Notes: generated by a model from the letters alone, not told the origin. A stretch of DNA of 64,000 nucleotides from Guillardia theta CCMP2712 (GCF_000315625.1 NW_005434624.1:514477-578476), one strand, 5' to 3'; positions 11,333-27,589 are shown, numbered from the stretch's first letter. A program made the numbers and translations.

Positions 11333-12963
11333 ATGGAGTGGAAGGATGGAATTGCAGGGGCCATTTCTGGTACTCGAATGTCTGACAACATTGAATAGTA
11401 TTCAGTGATTTGTTCGTACAGGAGTTGCGACTCGATGTTGTGTAGCTCCTTTGGATGTCATCAAAATCCGCTTGCAGCTACAGGTGGGACGCTATCTCAG
11501 CTGGGACCTCCTTGATTGACTTGTGCTTGTGATAGACCAATTGCCAAGGCTCTAGCAGAGATTATCGAGGGTTTCTAGGGACATTTCAGGTGATTTCGAT
11601 ACAGTAAAAGCCTCGAATGCTTACAGAGTGTTGGGACAGACGATAGTTCGCAGGGAAGGAGTAAGTCAATTGCGAGACATCCGGGCGGGATGTTCACATG
11701 TGTGCAAGGTTGTTGCACTGTGGAAGGGCAATCTCGCTGCAGAGTTCCTGTGGGGAGGGTACATGGGCACACAGTTTCTGGCCTATAGAAGCTTACAGGT
11801 CAGTAGGGAGCGGCTTTATTCTAGGGCATGTGAAGAAGTTGAGTCAGAATGCTATTCATCATCATACTTTCATGCATGGAGGAGGGAGAAACAATGAACA
11901 TGCATCTCAGGCACAAGATACGAGGCTGAATGATGGCAGCAAGGTATTCAGTGTTTCTGGTTCATTCAGTCTGCGCTGATGTTCCTGTCATTGCCCCTGA
12001 CAAGGTTTTGCGTGATTTGATCTGCGGTGGACTTGCTGGAGGGTTTGCGACCATGACAACGTTACTTTGACTGAAGCTGTGCACACTGTCTTACTCTGTA
12101 ATTAGGTACCCTTTTGATCTCGTGAGAACTCGGCTTGCAGCCCAGACAGAACCCAAGGCACATGCCTTGATGCGTTATGATTGTGCTAAGCTTTAGCAGA
12201 TTTACCATGGCGTCTTGGATGCATTTTATCGCATTTTAATCAGTGAGCGAATGCGAGGATTTTACCGGGGTAATACCTTAGCCTTGCCACTTCTGTAGTA
12301 CTTTGTGACGTGTTGATGTCAGGATTGGCTCCTAGTCTTATTCAAGTCATGCCATACATGGGGATTCAAGTGCTTCCTATCCCTAAACGTTGATTTCCTT
12401 TTCTCACTGTTGCCGGCTAGTTCTCCATCTACGAGGCTCTCAAGCGTTTCATCTCCACTCAAACCAAGGAAGGATCGCAAGGTGACACTCATGGGAGGCT
12501 CATTGGTGTCGCGAAGTTAATTTCTACTAGGATGGAAGGAGAGCATGTTCTGCGGGTATAATGCGTCGGATGTTGGCCAGCCAATGGACGCCTCACACCA
12601 CACTTGCAACAGATGCGTCGCCGGGAGCATCTCGAAAATTTCTACCCTCCCTCTGGACGTTACGAAGAAACGGATGCAGGCAACAGGATCATCCCTCTCA
12701 CGATAGACTCAATTGTCACAGGTCATGGGCACGACCATGCTTGCAGCTTCACAGGGTCGAAAGATATCTTCTATGCGAGAGGTTGTACGAGGTATCTTGC
12801 GCGACGAAGGATGGCAAGGGTTCTTCCGTGGTGGTCTCCCCAGGTCCTCGTGCTTGGGCTGATGTAAAGCACGTGACATGATCTTGTAAACAGCGTGATG
12901 AAAACAGCGCTATCATCGGGGTTGTCATTCGCGATCTACGAGCTCATGCTCAAGATCCTTTGA
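11333..12963 (+). CDS. Mitochondrial carrier (SLC25) protein, thiamine pyrophosphate carrier-like, multi-exon
   Basis: Three P-x-D-x-x-[KR]-x-R motifs read across introns (APLDVIKIRLQ, YPFDLVRTRLA, LPLDVTKKRMQ), plus LWKGNLAAEFLWGGY, GFYRG and GFFRG; stop at 12961-12963. Confidence 0.85.
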
Positions 12964-13087
12964 CAAAGTTGAGGCAAGTCATCACTATAAATCCTACAGT
13001 GCTCAGAGACAACCAGGACTGCTTGTGAGCAGACGCATTTGATTAACATTAGAATCACACAAGAACGATCCCATCATGACATTCTTC

Positions 13088-13466
13088 TTAGTAAACACCG
13101 TAGCCATGCACATTGTACTGCAAACCAAGTCAGCCTTGGCAACGAAACACGAAAGTCTACGCACATTTGGCCAGCTAGACCAGTCCACAGGAGTCCATGT
13201 CGTGTGAGCCTGTGGGTTAAAGGAGCCAGAAGAAGGGTCGGACTCATAGGGATGGATGGTCACGGCTGGATTTCCTTCGCCCTGCAGGTAGGCGCCCCAG
13301 GGCTCGTCAGCCTTGTACCAGTTGCCGCCCATTGTGGTATCGAACCTGGAGGAGGAAGTCAGCAGGAGAAGACGAGTTCCACATCATGCGCTTACATGGA
13401 GTAGGGATCGTTCCTGCCTCCGTTGGGAGATGCGTACAGCATCGCGCCTCTGAAAAACGGGAGCAT
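13088..13466 (-). CDS. Small G/P/W/Y-rich hypothetical protein, probably 3 exons
   Basis: MLPFFRGAMLYASPNGGRNDPYS, then ...MGGNWYKADEPWGAYLQGEGNP...VDWSSWPN, then YNVHGYGVY-stop, joined by short GT-AG introns. Confidence 0.5.
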
Positions 13467-13544
13467 GATGGCTCTTCGTTCCGCCGAGCGAGTCCACACG
13501 CATCAAATGTATCCTTGGAGATATCAATGTTCTGCGGCCTTGAG

Positions 13545-13990
13545 CCAGACGGCCGTCCGACCGGGTGCCGGGCCCGGCCAGATCCGCCGGTGCCACTTTT
13601 TAACTTAACTTTGAGTAAATCAGCCTTGTGACTCCGTACCCCGGTGGGCCCGGGACTACTCCCGCAGGCGGATGGAATGTAGGGTAGGGTCCTAGAACTT
13701 TGGCAGCCGTTGGAATCGGATGCGACATGCCATGATGGCGAGCGCTGAGTGTGGCACTGAAAGGATGAGGCTCAGCGGCCGCTACTTGTCGGACTCTCGG
13801 AGGCTCAGTTGATGATCGCTGCCAGTGACCCCGATACTAATCCGATCTAGAGTCTGTCTTTGCCTTGTCATAGTACGTGCGGCTTGCGGTTAGCTGACTC
13901 TTAGAACTGATCACCGTCGGTGACGGAAGATCGGAAGATGATGATCATTGTGTGAAAGTCAGGCCAGTGTGAGCCTTGAGTGCCGTGAAG
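13545..13990. other. GC-rich intergenic island with truncated dispersed-element copy at 13597-13619 (plus)
   Basis: TTTTTAACTTAACTTTGAGTAAA between CCGGGCCCGG-type palindromes. Confidence 0.6.
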
Positions 13991-14092
13991 ACGCCCCACC
14001 GTGCAGTCCATCAAGTTCCTGGCAACCGAAACATTCTGATTTGTTCTGATTGCTTCTGATTCAGTTGTTCAACTTCGGAAGTAGTTGCGGCG

Positions 14093-15072
14093 ATGGACGT
14101 CCAAGACCGTCACTTCCCGGACAACAGGTTTGACTATCAACACTCCGAGAATGGTGAGACCTTTTTCTTCCACGCGATCGTTTTCTTCCACACTGTCAAG
14201 TTGTGCAAACATTCAAATCTTTCAGGTGGAGGAGCAAACACTGACGTCCACCAACATGCATCATCGAATCTCTTTGCATATCTCTTGCAGTGCAGGTTGT
14301 TGCCTTGTCATCGCTTCACCCAGTGACTGCTCTGCCCCACAGGAAAAGGTCGAGCTGGACCCCGAGCTTTCTGTGGCACAAGGTTTCGGTTGAGCCATGG
14401 CAGATTCCCCTGGACAAGTCTGTGCTGGACGAGGACGAGGAGGAGAGACATCGGGTTGAACGGGAGTTCGCGCAGAAGCATCATCCCTTGGGCAAGAAGG
14501 ACCATGAGGTCGCTCGGCAGAAAGTCAAGGTCCCCAGACTTGCCTTGAGCAAACTGCCTCGCAACGCGGAGTGGACTTGCAATCCTGCATCGAAGCAGAT
14601 CCTTCCTCCTTACCTGACGGCGAGGAGGCGATTGGTATCTGCGAGCACCCGCCCCAGGAGTGACAGGAAGGAGGGGTGAGGCGACCAGCGACCTATCTTG
14701 AGGCATTGCCCTGAAAGATGTCTTGTTCAGTTCCATGACTGCGCGGTTCTATGAATTGTCACGGGGAGTTGATGAAGATGTGCTCGTGGACTCATCGAAC
14801 TTGTCTCATCACAAGTTCCGTCCGACCGAGTAAGCCCAGTGTTGCAGGCGACGTTGGCTGATATTCTTCTTCAGCTTCGCAGGAAAAAACCTCATGATGC
14901 ATGAGAGTACATGGGAGTCTGGTAGCACAAGCCAGTCCGGTGACGCGAAGGGAAGGGCGTTGAAGAGAAGCCAGAAGGTAAACCAGTCGTTCATGTCTGT
15001 GAACGAGCTTCTGACTTGATGCAAGTGTTATGAAAAGTTGATGAGGGAGCTACAGATACTTGATAACCAATG
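14093..15072 (+). CDS. Hypothetical multi-exon protein
   Basis: MDVQDRHFPDNRFDYQHSEN followed by a GT donor and further open exonic segments (e.g. ~14390-14620). No domain recognised. Confidence 0.35.
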
Positions 15073-15156
15073 ATATCAATGAATGGACTGGGACGGGACA
15101 CTGCGATCCTCTGATCACTGAGGGCATGCTAACAATGTACATGAACATCGCAGTGA

Positions 15157-16981
15157 CTAGAGTACGGGCATCATCATTCTTCCTTGAATGACACTGCATG
15201 CATGCCCTGACACAACCAAGCTAGAAGATCCCTGCGTGTTGCTCATATTGCAGAAGAAGCAGACATGAACATTTCGCACCTCAATTCCTGCAATCATCTT
15301 TCCCCACAGCTCTCCTGTTCTCGCTGAGACTTGTGAGGAGAAGAGCTCATCCTGCGAACAAACCGTCAGATTGAGAGAGGAGGTGAGACTGAGTTGCCGC
15401 TACCTTGCCAAGCTTCTGCCTCCAGTAGGGTACAAGTGAGCACTGCGCAGAACCAGTGACAGGATCCTCGAAGATGCCCAGCTTCGGCGCAAAGAATCGG
15501 TAAACAAAGTCATAGTTTCCTGCACGAGTAAGAAAGAAAGATTTCAGCTGGCTATTTTATGAACCATTCGCGAACCTTCTTTGCTTCCAACAGCAGTTAT
15601 AATGATGGCATCGCTTGGAAGAGAGGCTTGAAGAGCATGTTTCATGGCAAACACAAATATGCTCAATGCACATACCAATGTCCGCCATGTTTGGCTTGAA
15701 CTCGAGTACAGTGTCTACGCTGTTGAAGAGCGAGAGAAAGTGAGAATACAAGAAGATCCACATCAATTCAAATATGATCAAATCAATGCGATAAATTCCA
15801 TTTCAACGATCAGGACAAACAGACCAATAAACCAGAGAGGGGGTGGGGAGAGGGAGGGAGGGAGGGAGGGAGGGAGGGAGGGACAGGGAGAGCGAAATTC
15901 GACCTAGGAAACACCACAACAGCGTCTCTCAGCGGCTCTTCCCACAAAACCTGATAAGGGCTCAAAACGATGAGGAGGGAGGTAAAGGTTTACCTCAGCT
16001 ATTGCAGGAACTCCTAACTTCTGCTCGAACAGCTGTTTTGAAGTCACCATGGTAGTGCACTCTATATAACGATCTTTACCTCCAAGAGATCCGGTCGTGC
16101 CTTGGGGTTGAAAACAGGGAAAATCTTGATGAACAAGCTTAATCTTATCCTCGAGTAATCATTTCTCTACCATTTCAATTTTCCCGTCAGCACCAGTGGA
16201 TACCTTGAAATTCATTAGGCATCAATATGGTCAAAGTGATTACATCTTCACCTCGAGAACACCACTTCTTGTGTGAAAGAAGATCTTCTTGACATTTGGT
16301 TGCTTGTTGAATATGCTGTGCGCTGTTGCAAGTGTCGCATGCCCGCAGATGTCAACCTGATTGAGTACCACCATCATCTTCATCAGTGTCATCATTGTCA
16401 TCATCAGGATAATCGTCATCGTCTTCACCCATCGTGATCACAATCATCGTAATTTTCTTCCTCATAACCCTCGCTATCCTCGTTTCCTCCTCCTCCCTCT
16501 TCTTCTCCGCTTCCTCCTCTTAGTCATGATCGTTCACCTCAACTTTAGGGGTAAACCAGCGAAGGTCGGCGACAAGTTCACTCTCAAGTTCGCACTTCCT
16601 CCTCTTCCAGAAAGCAGTTTCCTAAAGAGAAACCAGTTCGACAAGAGTGTAACAACTTGTGTGGGACTTTACCGACAAGTTGTTTTCTTCTGCCATCATC
16701 TGTATAACATTCTTTAAACCATCGCCAACCGTAACGAAAGCAAACCTGGAGAACACGGTCGGGAGGAAACGCGTCCTCAGAGATCTCGATAACTGCAGCA
16801 GGATTGCCCTTGAAGCAAGTGCGTGTGAAGGCATCCACCTGATGGCAAGGATGGTGAGCTTGACGTCCTCGCACCCACCCGCCCTCCCGCCACGACCATT
16901 TCTGTTTTCCCTCTGAGTGTTCCCATGGATAACCAACTACATCCCTCCAGCCATGTAATAGCGCTCAGCCAGGGCCATCAT
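15157..16981 (-). CDS. PhzF-family (phenazine biosynthesis-like, PBLD) isomerase, multi-exon
   Basis: QVDAFT...FKGNPAAV, VDICGHATLATAH, FHTRSGVL and RFFAPKLGIFEDPVTGSA motifs. Confidence 0.9.
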
Positions 16982-17536
16982 GTACGCAGGGAGCTCTTTA
17001 AGAGCTCCTCTTAGCCTCTCGCTCTCTCCCTCCTCACCTGCTCCAAGCTCACTCGTCGCCCTGACTCCATAGCTATCCTCACAAGCTCGCCGCCTGTCGG
17101 GCAGCCCGGGCCCGGACTACATCCGGCGGAACTCCGAGGGTGGGGGCGCAAAGTTTAGATATGTTAAGGGTGGGTGGTTTGCTTTAAGTGAAAGAGGGGT
17201 ACCTGCTGTGTATTTGCATGACCAAGAGAGTCCAAGGGGTACCAGGATCGGGTGTAAAGAGGTGGGGTCCTATCCCCTTTTCGAGGCATGGTTTCATGGG
17301 GTAGGGTGGGAGAGAATGCTGTTGGACCCCTGAAGCCCCAACGAAGTGTTAAGGGTGTGACGTGTAGTTTGATTGGGAGGGGTACGGTGTTTTGTGTAGG
17401 GGTGTCTCAATATTCAAAACAGTTTGAAAGAGAGGGTGGGTGGGAAGGCGTATGGAGTGTTCGAAGATGGTGGGGGTGGGGGTTCATAGGTTATAAGGCG
17501 GATCCCGTAGAAGGTTCCTCGGAAGTGGCCGCGGCA

Positions 17537-18786
17537 ATGGCAGCTAAGGTGAGGTTGAGCTATTAATGCGACAAATATGTCCCTACATTATCACTCCTGG
17601 CCGTGTAGAGAGCAATCTTGATGTTTTATATGCCACTCCTTCATCATCTCGCGAACATGCTTCTCATCGAACAGGATACTATGTGGCACTTGAAATTGTT
17701 TCAAGATGTGATTTAGCAAAATATTGTTGGAGAGAAATGTCTGGCCCTGACGCAGATTTTCTTCTTCAGATCTTCTCGCTCGCTCTTTTGGTTGTGTCTA
17801 CTCAGGCTTATGCACCCACCTTCATGGGTACCAGGCTTCCGCTTCGCAAGGTGATGTGGTACGAAAATCCTATAGCATGGCTGAAATCACGAAAACTAGG
17901 CAAGCAATGCTGCTTCCTTGTCGATGAAGATTGAGCTTGCTCCTCTTCCTTACGACTACACTGCTCTTGAGCCCAAGATCGGCAAGCGCACCCTGGAGAT
18001 CCACCATGACAAGCATCACGCCAAGTATGTCAACGTGGCAAACCAGATGATCGAGGGAACCGACATGGAGAAGGATGACTGCGCCACCATCGTCATGAAG
18101 TCCCACAAGGCCGGCAACCAGGGCCTCTTCAACAACGCTGCTCAGGTATTTCTCAATCAATCCTGATAGCTACCGTCCATGATTCGCGATGCCTCCTAGG
18201 CCTGGAACCACGATTTCTACTGGAAGTGCATGAAGCCAGGAGGCGGCGGCAAGCCAACTGGTGCCATCGCTGATCAGATCAACAAGGACTTTGGCTCTTA
18301 TGACGAGTTCAAGAAGCAGGTAAATTTAGAGAGTTGCCGTTATCAACTACTTTGCCTCGTTGATGCGTGTTTTGTCTCCTTGCAGTTCGAGGTCGCCGGA
18401 AACACCGCTTTTGGATCTGGATGGGCTTGGCTCTCGTGGGATGGATCTAAGCTCGTAAGAGTGTCCGTGTTGATAAGACCAACGCTGAATGAGGTTTTCA
18501 GGTTGTTGACAAGACCATCGGAGCGGGCAACCCCATCACTGATGTACTGAAGGAGTTGGTTTGTATTCGAACTGATCCAAATGCAGGGAAAGAAGCCTCT
18601 CCTTACCATGGATGTGTGGGAGCATGCTTACTACTTGGACTACCAGAACATGCGGTATTCAATCTCGAATTATGTGATGTTGTCTGGAGTCTCATTTCGG
18701 TATGCAGCGCTACCTATTGCACCGATTTCCTTGACAGCCTGGTCAACTGGGACTTCGTCAACCAGAACTTTGCTAGTGCCAAGTAA
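17537..18786 (+). CDS. sodB: Fe-superoxide dismutase with bipartite plastid-targeting presequence, multi-exon
   Basis: [34 protein letters not shown] (Fe-type), [21 protein letters not shown]; N-terminal signal peptide ending TQA-YAP. Confidence 0.93.
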
Positions 18787-18834
18787 ATGTTATTGTTCAA
18801 GTAAACACGTTGCAATCATAGAAACATTCTTGAC

Positions 18835-19120
18835 TCCCCGAGGCGGCACTTCGGAAATTCCGAAGTTCCCGGCTGCGGCCGGCCGCCTTTGGCCGCCGGT
18901 CCCGGTGGCTCGACCGGGGCGGGGCTGGGCCGCCGCTCGGGCCCCCGAGAGGTTGCCGTCACCTAGTCACCGGGGGCACCCGCCGCCGGCCCGCCTCCCG
19001 GAATGCCCCGGGCCGCGCCCGGCCGGGGCCGCGCGGCCTGCCTGCCCGGGCCGGCCGCCACTTTCCGAAGTTCAATCCGACGGCGATGTCCGATGATCGA
19101 TACTGAGGCGGTGACCACAA
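18835..19120. other. GC-rich intergenic island bounded by TTCCGAAGTTC motifs
   Basis: Near-palindrome ACTTCGGAAATTCCGAAGT at 18848-18866 and TTCCGAAGTTCAA at 19063-19075. Confidence 0.55.
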
Positions 19121-19122
19121 CA

Positions 19123-22100
19123 ATGGATGACCAGAGTAGCCGCGGATCATGGCTGCATGAGTTGAGGGCGGGCTCCTGCAGCCAGGTGTCCCTACATAGA
19201 GTTGCGAGGGATGTAAGGAGAAGGAGGAACGATGAGGGCAGAGGATGCAGAGCAGCAGAGAGCGGGAAGGGAGAGATGAGTGTGGATAGGGGGTCGTTGA
19301 GATGTTGATGAAGGGGAAGCGGAAGAATGGTGATGAAAGGGACCGAGGCGGAAGGGCTGGAAGTGAGGGCAAAGAAAGGGGAGATGCAACCTGAAGATGA
19401 ATTAATACATGCAAGGGGGGATGATAGCAATAGACGTAGACTAGAGAAGGGTTGGGACAAGAAGCCAAGGGAGGAAGAAGGCTGAATCAGAAGGAAAGGG
19501 CAAAAAGTTGAACGAGATAGGCAATGATGGTCTCAATTCCTTGGGAGCTTAGCAGAGGCATCGTTTGAGACGTTTAGTTTGGAATGAGGGGGGCAAAGAT
19601 GTCGTTGACTTCGATCAAATCTTAAATCCACATGGACTCCTGTAGTCTTGCTATAGAGATCAGAGATGTTCGGGCGCCCTCGCATGGTGTAGCATGTTGG
19701 AGTTTGCTGTTTGTAATGGCCAGCATCAGCGTCGCTGACTCGTAAGACTATCAGAGCCATGGCAGGCATACTTCCAAGGGAGCCTCCTGTTCCTACGGAC
19801 AATGACCCGATCGCATTGCTAAGAGTTCCATGCAACGTGACCAAGGTACCCAGGGAGCGCCGTTGCTATCCGGGGAGTGACTGCAGTCCTTTACAGGTAG
19901 CGGTTGCAGGAAACAGGAGAACGAAACGAGCGCTGATCGAGGCCGAGCTATCTTCCTCCTTGCGATCCAAGAACCATGAGGAGCTCGCCGTTAGAGCTTC
20001 TTGGTGCTGTTGACCCTCCTCACCCTGATCGTCTAGGTCGAGCTTGCGCTGGCCAGTCAAAGGCTGGAGGACCTTGACATCTTCAAGAAGGTTGCTTGCG
20101 AGGTTCGAGCGCTTCTCGTGCTAGTTGTATGTGTGACGAAGAGCCCAGGTTGACATCGACCCTGAAGGGGAGAAGGACGCCGTCATGGTCAGCGTCAAGG
20201 TATCGCCAGCAGACCCGGTCAGGGGCATCCAGCTCACTTGCTCGTCCAGCTGCAGGAGAAAGGAACACACACCCTATCCACCGGCACCTACATGCAAGGA
20301 GGTGAATGCCGTGCGATCGAGTCCTGACCATGACGACGGAGGTCGACAGGGGAGGGGAACGTTGAAGTCTCTTGGACCATGAGGAACATGTTGGGCAATG
20401 CAGAGAAGGTTCAGAGCAACCTTTCTGTCGGTCACAAGACGAGCAACAGCTTCCGGTGAGGAGGAGTCCCATGAACATTCTCTGCTGCTCCTTGTTGTCG
20501 CCTCCCTGCGCACCGGTCGCAGAATCTTGTCTGAGGTTGTTTTAGGCTCGAGGGTTCGCAGCCCTTGTTCTTTGGGAGCTCTGTGAAGATGAACGGAAGT
20601 ATCTTCCAATCTGTTGCAAACCTGGTCAAGCACAGCTCATTTACGTGAGTGAGAGATGTGGGGGAAGGGATAGCGGGATTACTCCTCTCCCTCCCTCTAC
20701 CGTTATCCCCTCACCCCTTTTCCTTCTTGCTCATCGGCATCCTTGTTCTCTTCTTCTTGCTTCTCCTTCTCCTCATGGCTTCCCATGCAGAGAGCGTCAG
20801 AGGGGCATCAGTTTCGGACTAGCTTCGATCCCTGACGGCGATGGGGAGCATGAAGTGACTGTTTCTCTGCTCCCGATCGTCATTCATCACGCCAGCAGAT
20901 CTCGTACGAGGGAGCTTGGAGAACGGTCAAGTTTGAGAAGGGATCGCTAGTCTGCGATCCAAGCGAGGGAGGAGACTCGTTCAAGTCCTCCATCCGGTGA
21001 GGTCCTGAAGAGGGTGAGAAGGGTGAAATGGACGAAGGGAGGAGTGACAGTCGGGGAGGAGTGAGTAGGAGTTGTCTGTATGAGTTAGAGCAGAGGTTGA
21101 CGTAGCAGGATGAGGAGAGGGGATGGAGGGTAGGGAGGTAAAGGGGGAGGAGTAGGAAGAGGAGGAAGAGGTGAGTAGTTGTGGAAAAATAAGAAGATGG
21201 AGTGTTGGTAGTCATAGCTGAAATACCGAGGAGGGTGCGAGGTTAAGGAAGAGCTTGATCTGAACGTTTTTCCAGGCACGTGTTCAACCATGACACAAGG
21301 GATGACACCAGGGTCCCATCAAGCGGTTTTCTGTTCCGTAGCACGTGCGAGGAGCAACATTGCTGTGCTCCTTGGGTGAACCTGAGGCAGGGCCGAGCTG
21401 GCCGGGATCGGAGGAGACGTCAAGTTCCTCAAGAATGTTGTTGACGTGCAGGCAAGAGATCGGGATTACAAGATGAGATGATATTTCTGATTGTTTCTGT
21501 ACCTTCAGGCACACATTCCCACTGACCTTGGGGTCATCGTCTCCCTTGTGGGGTCTGTCGGCCTCTTGCAGGTCCTCATGTTCACCGTTGAAGCCTTGCT
21601 CCCTCCTCCTCCTCGGCCTCCTCGTTATCTCTCTACATCTTCCCTCCTACCTCCGCTTCCTCCTCCTTTCTTGATCTCTTTCCTCCTGGTTCCTCCTCCT
21701 CCTTCTCTCCTTACCTTTATCTCTTTCCAACTCTTCCCTCGTTGCCTCTACCCATCACCATCTCTTGTCCTTCTGGTTCACTTGCCCTTCTTTGTGTCGT
21801 CCCCAACTCTTCTCTTCCTCCTCTTGACTATCGCTTCCTATCCGTTCAGTCACTTGGAGGGACCTCCTCCCGTATCAACGATCGGTACTCTCTCCTCTCC
21901 TCGTTGCTCTCTTGACTGTTGCAGCTTCTTTGTTGGAGGCCCCCTCATGGTCCGAGGTTTTCGCACTAAAGGACTAGGCCCGAGAGCCTTGGGCTCCTCC
22001 TCCTCCTCCAGCGCTAAGGTTTGTTTCCTCCCTTCCTACCTGCTGTCCTTGCTCGACCCCTGATTCTCATACCTTGGGCATTCTTCGCTTTCCCTGCTGT

Positions 22101-22264
22101 TGCTCCCCCATCCTGCCCACCTCCTTTCCTCTCCTTCCTCCCATCTCCGCCTCCTATCCTTGTCAAGCAGAATCACACACGCTCTATCAGGGAGGGGATG
22201 CGTACTTCGCTGCCACAGGAGCCATCACATTTGACCTCCCCTCTCGTCTCATGCAGGTCCTCAG

Positions 22265-22299
<35 letters not shown>

Positions 22300-23106
22300 C
22301 TGCTTCTGAGTGAAAGAAGATGACGTTAATCTGTTTCAGGCTCTTGGCGTTCGCGGTCATGTCTTCTGCAGTACTGGAAACAACGTTGCGGTACTTCTCT
22401 TTCTACCCCACTTATCAGTCTTTCAATTTCCTATCATGTTTTGCCCCATACTTAAATTTTCCTTCTTACACTTTCCCCCCTGGTTCTATTTGCCCTGAGT
22501 CTTTTGCTACTTTCTTTTTATCATTGTCTCAACAGGTTGGAGGAGGACGGTCAGTCTACAAGCAGATTCCTTCCATGATCTCAGGGTCCGTGCAGCCATG
22601 CACCTCTCCTCTCCTCTCCTCTCCTCTCCTCTCCTCTTCTCGCCTCTTCCTTTTCTTGTTCCTTCTCCTCCCTCTCCTGGGCCCCTCCCCTGTCCTCTTC
22701 TCTCCTGTCCTCTCCGCCCTCGTCCTCTTACACTGGCGCAGCTACCGAGCCGTCGCAGGTGCAGGGCTCATCATCCCCATGCAGGTTGTCTACCCTCAAG
22801 GACTTCTACTGCTTTCACTTCTCTGCTCCTTGTCCTTCCCTCCTCCTTCCCTCCTTCTGCCCGTCCTGCTCATCGTTGTCCTTCCCTTGTCCTGCCCGTC
22901 CTGCCCGTCCTGCGAATCTTACTCCTGCCTGCGTTTCTCTTTCCTTTTTCTTGCTCCTCTTCCTAACGCTATGTTCTCATTTTCTCCTCTTCCTTCCCCA
23001 GCCTGAGGTTTTTGTTGCAGATAGGGCGGCTGGAGCTGAATTACTGCCGTCCTCTCCGTACGTTCCCTCAGCTGGTACTCAGCTGCTGGTCGCTTCCCTC
23101 AGCTGA
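19123..23106 (+). CDS. Hypothetical multi-exon protein(s), boundaries uncertain
   Basis: Plus-strand coding-like segments (MAGILPREPPVPTDNDPIALLRVP; EEDDVNLFQALGVRGHVFCS; IGRLELNYCRPLRTF) between pyrimidine-rich introns. Confidence 0.3.
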
Positions 23107-23405
23107 GAGACATGCAGGGCGACAGACTTGCAAGATGGCAGATCGCTCTCGGGCTAGAGTACTGAGAAAGGACGGAGAGCGGAGGGGCAGAAGGAGGAAG
23201 GCGAGTAGAGGAGGAGGGCGGCGATCGGAAGATCAACAGGATTTTGTGAGGAGAGAGACGAGATTGGGTGAGCAAGAGTGAAGGGAGGAGGAGCGGAATG
23301 ACAGGATAGTGGCACTGGGAGAGAGGAGAGAGAGGAGGGAGAGGGGAGGAGGAGGAGGAGGAGGAGGAGGAGAAGAACGTTTACAAGCATGAACCTTGCG
23401 AGTTG

Positions 23406-26331
<2,926 letters not shown>

Positions 26332-26377
26332 GCGCCTTGGCGACACCCTTTTCCTCATCCCCGCTCTGATCATGCCA

Positions 26378-26443
26378 GTTTAGTCAGCAGTTTTAGTTAG
26401 TGGCTGACTGTTTAGTTCAAGAAAGTTTAGTCATAGTTTAGTC
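26378..26443. promoter_or_regulatory. Cluster of five TTTAGT[CT] motifs in a divergent promoter region
   Basis: Copies near 26378, 26391, 26410, 26425 and 26436, just upstream of the TSTD2-like start. Confidence 0.35.
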
Positions 26444-26958
26444 ACGATTGATTAAACAATGACTAGCTCATAGCCCATCCTTTTTCTACCATCCCCCCAC
26501 CCCTTAATTTCTCAGAAATAATACCCCTCCTTTTCCACTTATTTGGTTCATTTGACTACCCCTGAAATTCATACGGAAACAACCCCTGGAGCCTTGTTTG
26601 CAGCACGAACCGATGCGTTCCTCGCGTTCCGACACAAGGAAAAGGGACGATCCTTTGCTGCTTGCCTCTGAACTCCCCCACCTCCCCCCCCCTCCTCATC
26701 CCCGACGCATCCCCCTCCACTCCTGAGACATTCTTTGACTCTCTCCATCCCCGACCCTCCCTGCCTTGTTCTCAACTTCGTCACACCCGGGCATTAGTTG
26801 GAGAGTCCTGTGGTGCACAACACACTTCCAGTTTTTTCATCCTTCTCCTACTCCCTGCCAACTTGATGCCGGTGGTGGCATCTGCGTTCACTTGCGTTAC
26901 AGGACAGTAAAATAAACTCAGCAGAATAAGCTTCCTTCATCAATTCTCCAACTAGAAG

Positions 26959-27483
26959 GTGACAATGGCCCGCAACGAATCCACACTAGGGCAGGGAGCA
27001 AGAATCGCGTCGTCAACAGCTATAGTTGAGAAAGTTACGGTCTCACCAAGAGTTCGCCCAGGAGATCTGAAAAAACAGCCATTGGAGGTCCATCTTGACC
27101 TCAATGTGCTCGAGCCCTTGTACGGTCTTCGGCAAGAGGAGGCGGCTGAAAGACTTGGCATTTGCCTTACAAGTTTGAAGGCTGCCTGCAGGAAACTCGG
27201 CTTGAGACGATGGCCATACAAGAAAGACAAATTATGCATCTCACAGACAGCCCAATCTAACTCTGTCAGCACTGGATCCAATCAATGTTTTCCAGAACTT
27301 GGTCAAGTAGACAAGGCTCCTCCTCAGATCCCGCCCGACACCAACTTGAGCCTTCAAGGCGATGGCGCAGATGAGGATGACGGTGACAAGCCAATCAGTT
27401 CTGGATGGATAGGATGGTATCTTAATTCGAACGATCAAGATCCAATCATCTATGACAGCGCATTTCAATCTTCAGGAATTTGA
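26959..27483 (+). CDS. RWP-RK domain transcription factor, copy 4 (intronless; probable ATG at 26965)
   Basis: LEPLYGLRQEEAAERLGICLTSLKAACRKLGLRRWPYKK; C-terminal WIGWYLNSNDQDPII. Confidence 0.9.
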   Translation: MTMARNESTLGQGARIASSTAIVEKVTVSPRVRPGDLKKQPLEVHLDLNVLEPLYGLRQEEAAERLGICLTSLKAACRKLGLRRWPYKKDKLCISQTAQSNSVSTGSNQCFPELGQVDKAPPQIPPDTNLSLQGDGADEDDGDKPISSGWIGWYLNSNDQDPIIYDSAFQSSGI

Positions 27484-27589
27484 CTCAAACCAGATGCGGT
27501 CGCTCTGATCTGCGGCACTGCCAACCGTTGAACGTATGTTAGTCGGGCAGAAAGGCGAGGAACCGTATTCCTTTCGGTCGAATTGAGAG

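Noticed and set aside
15157-18786. PhzF plus SOD as a phenazine biosynthesis or resistance cluster
   Set aside because: PhzF-like proteins are widespread in eukaryotes and no other phz genes are present.
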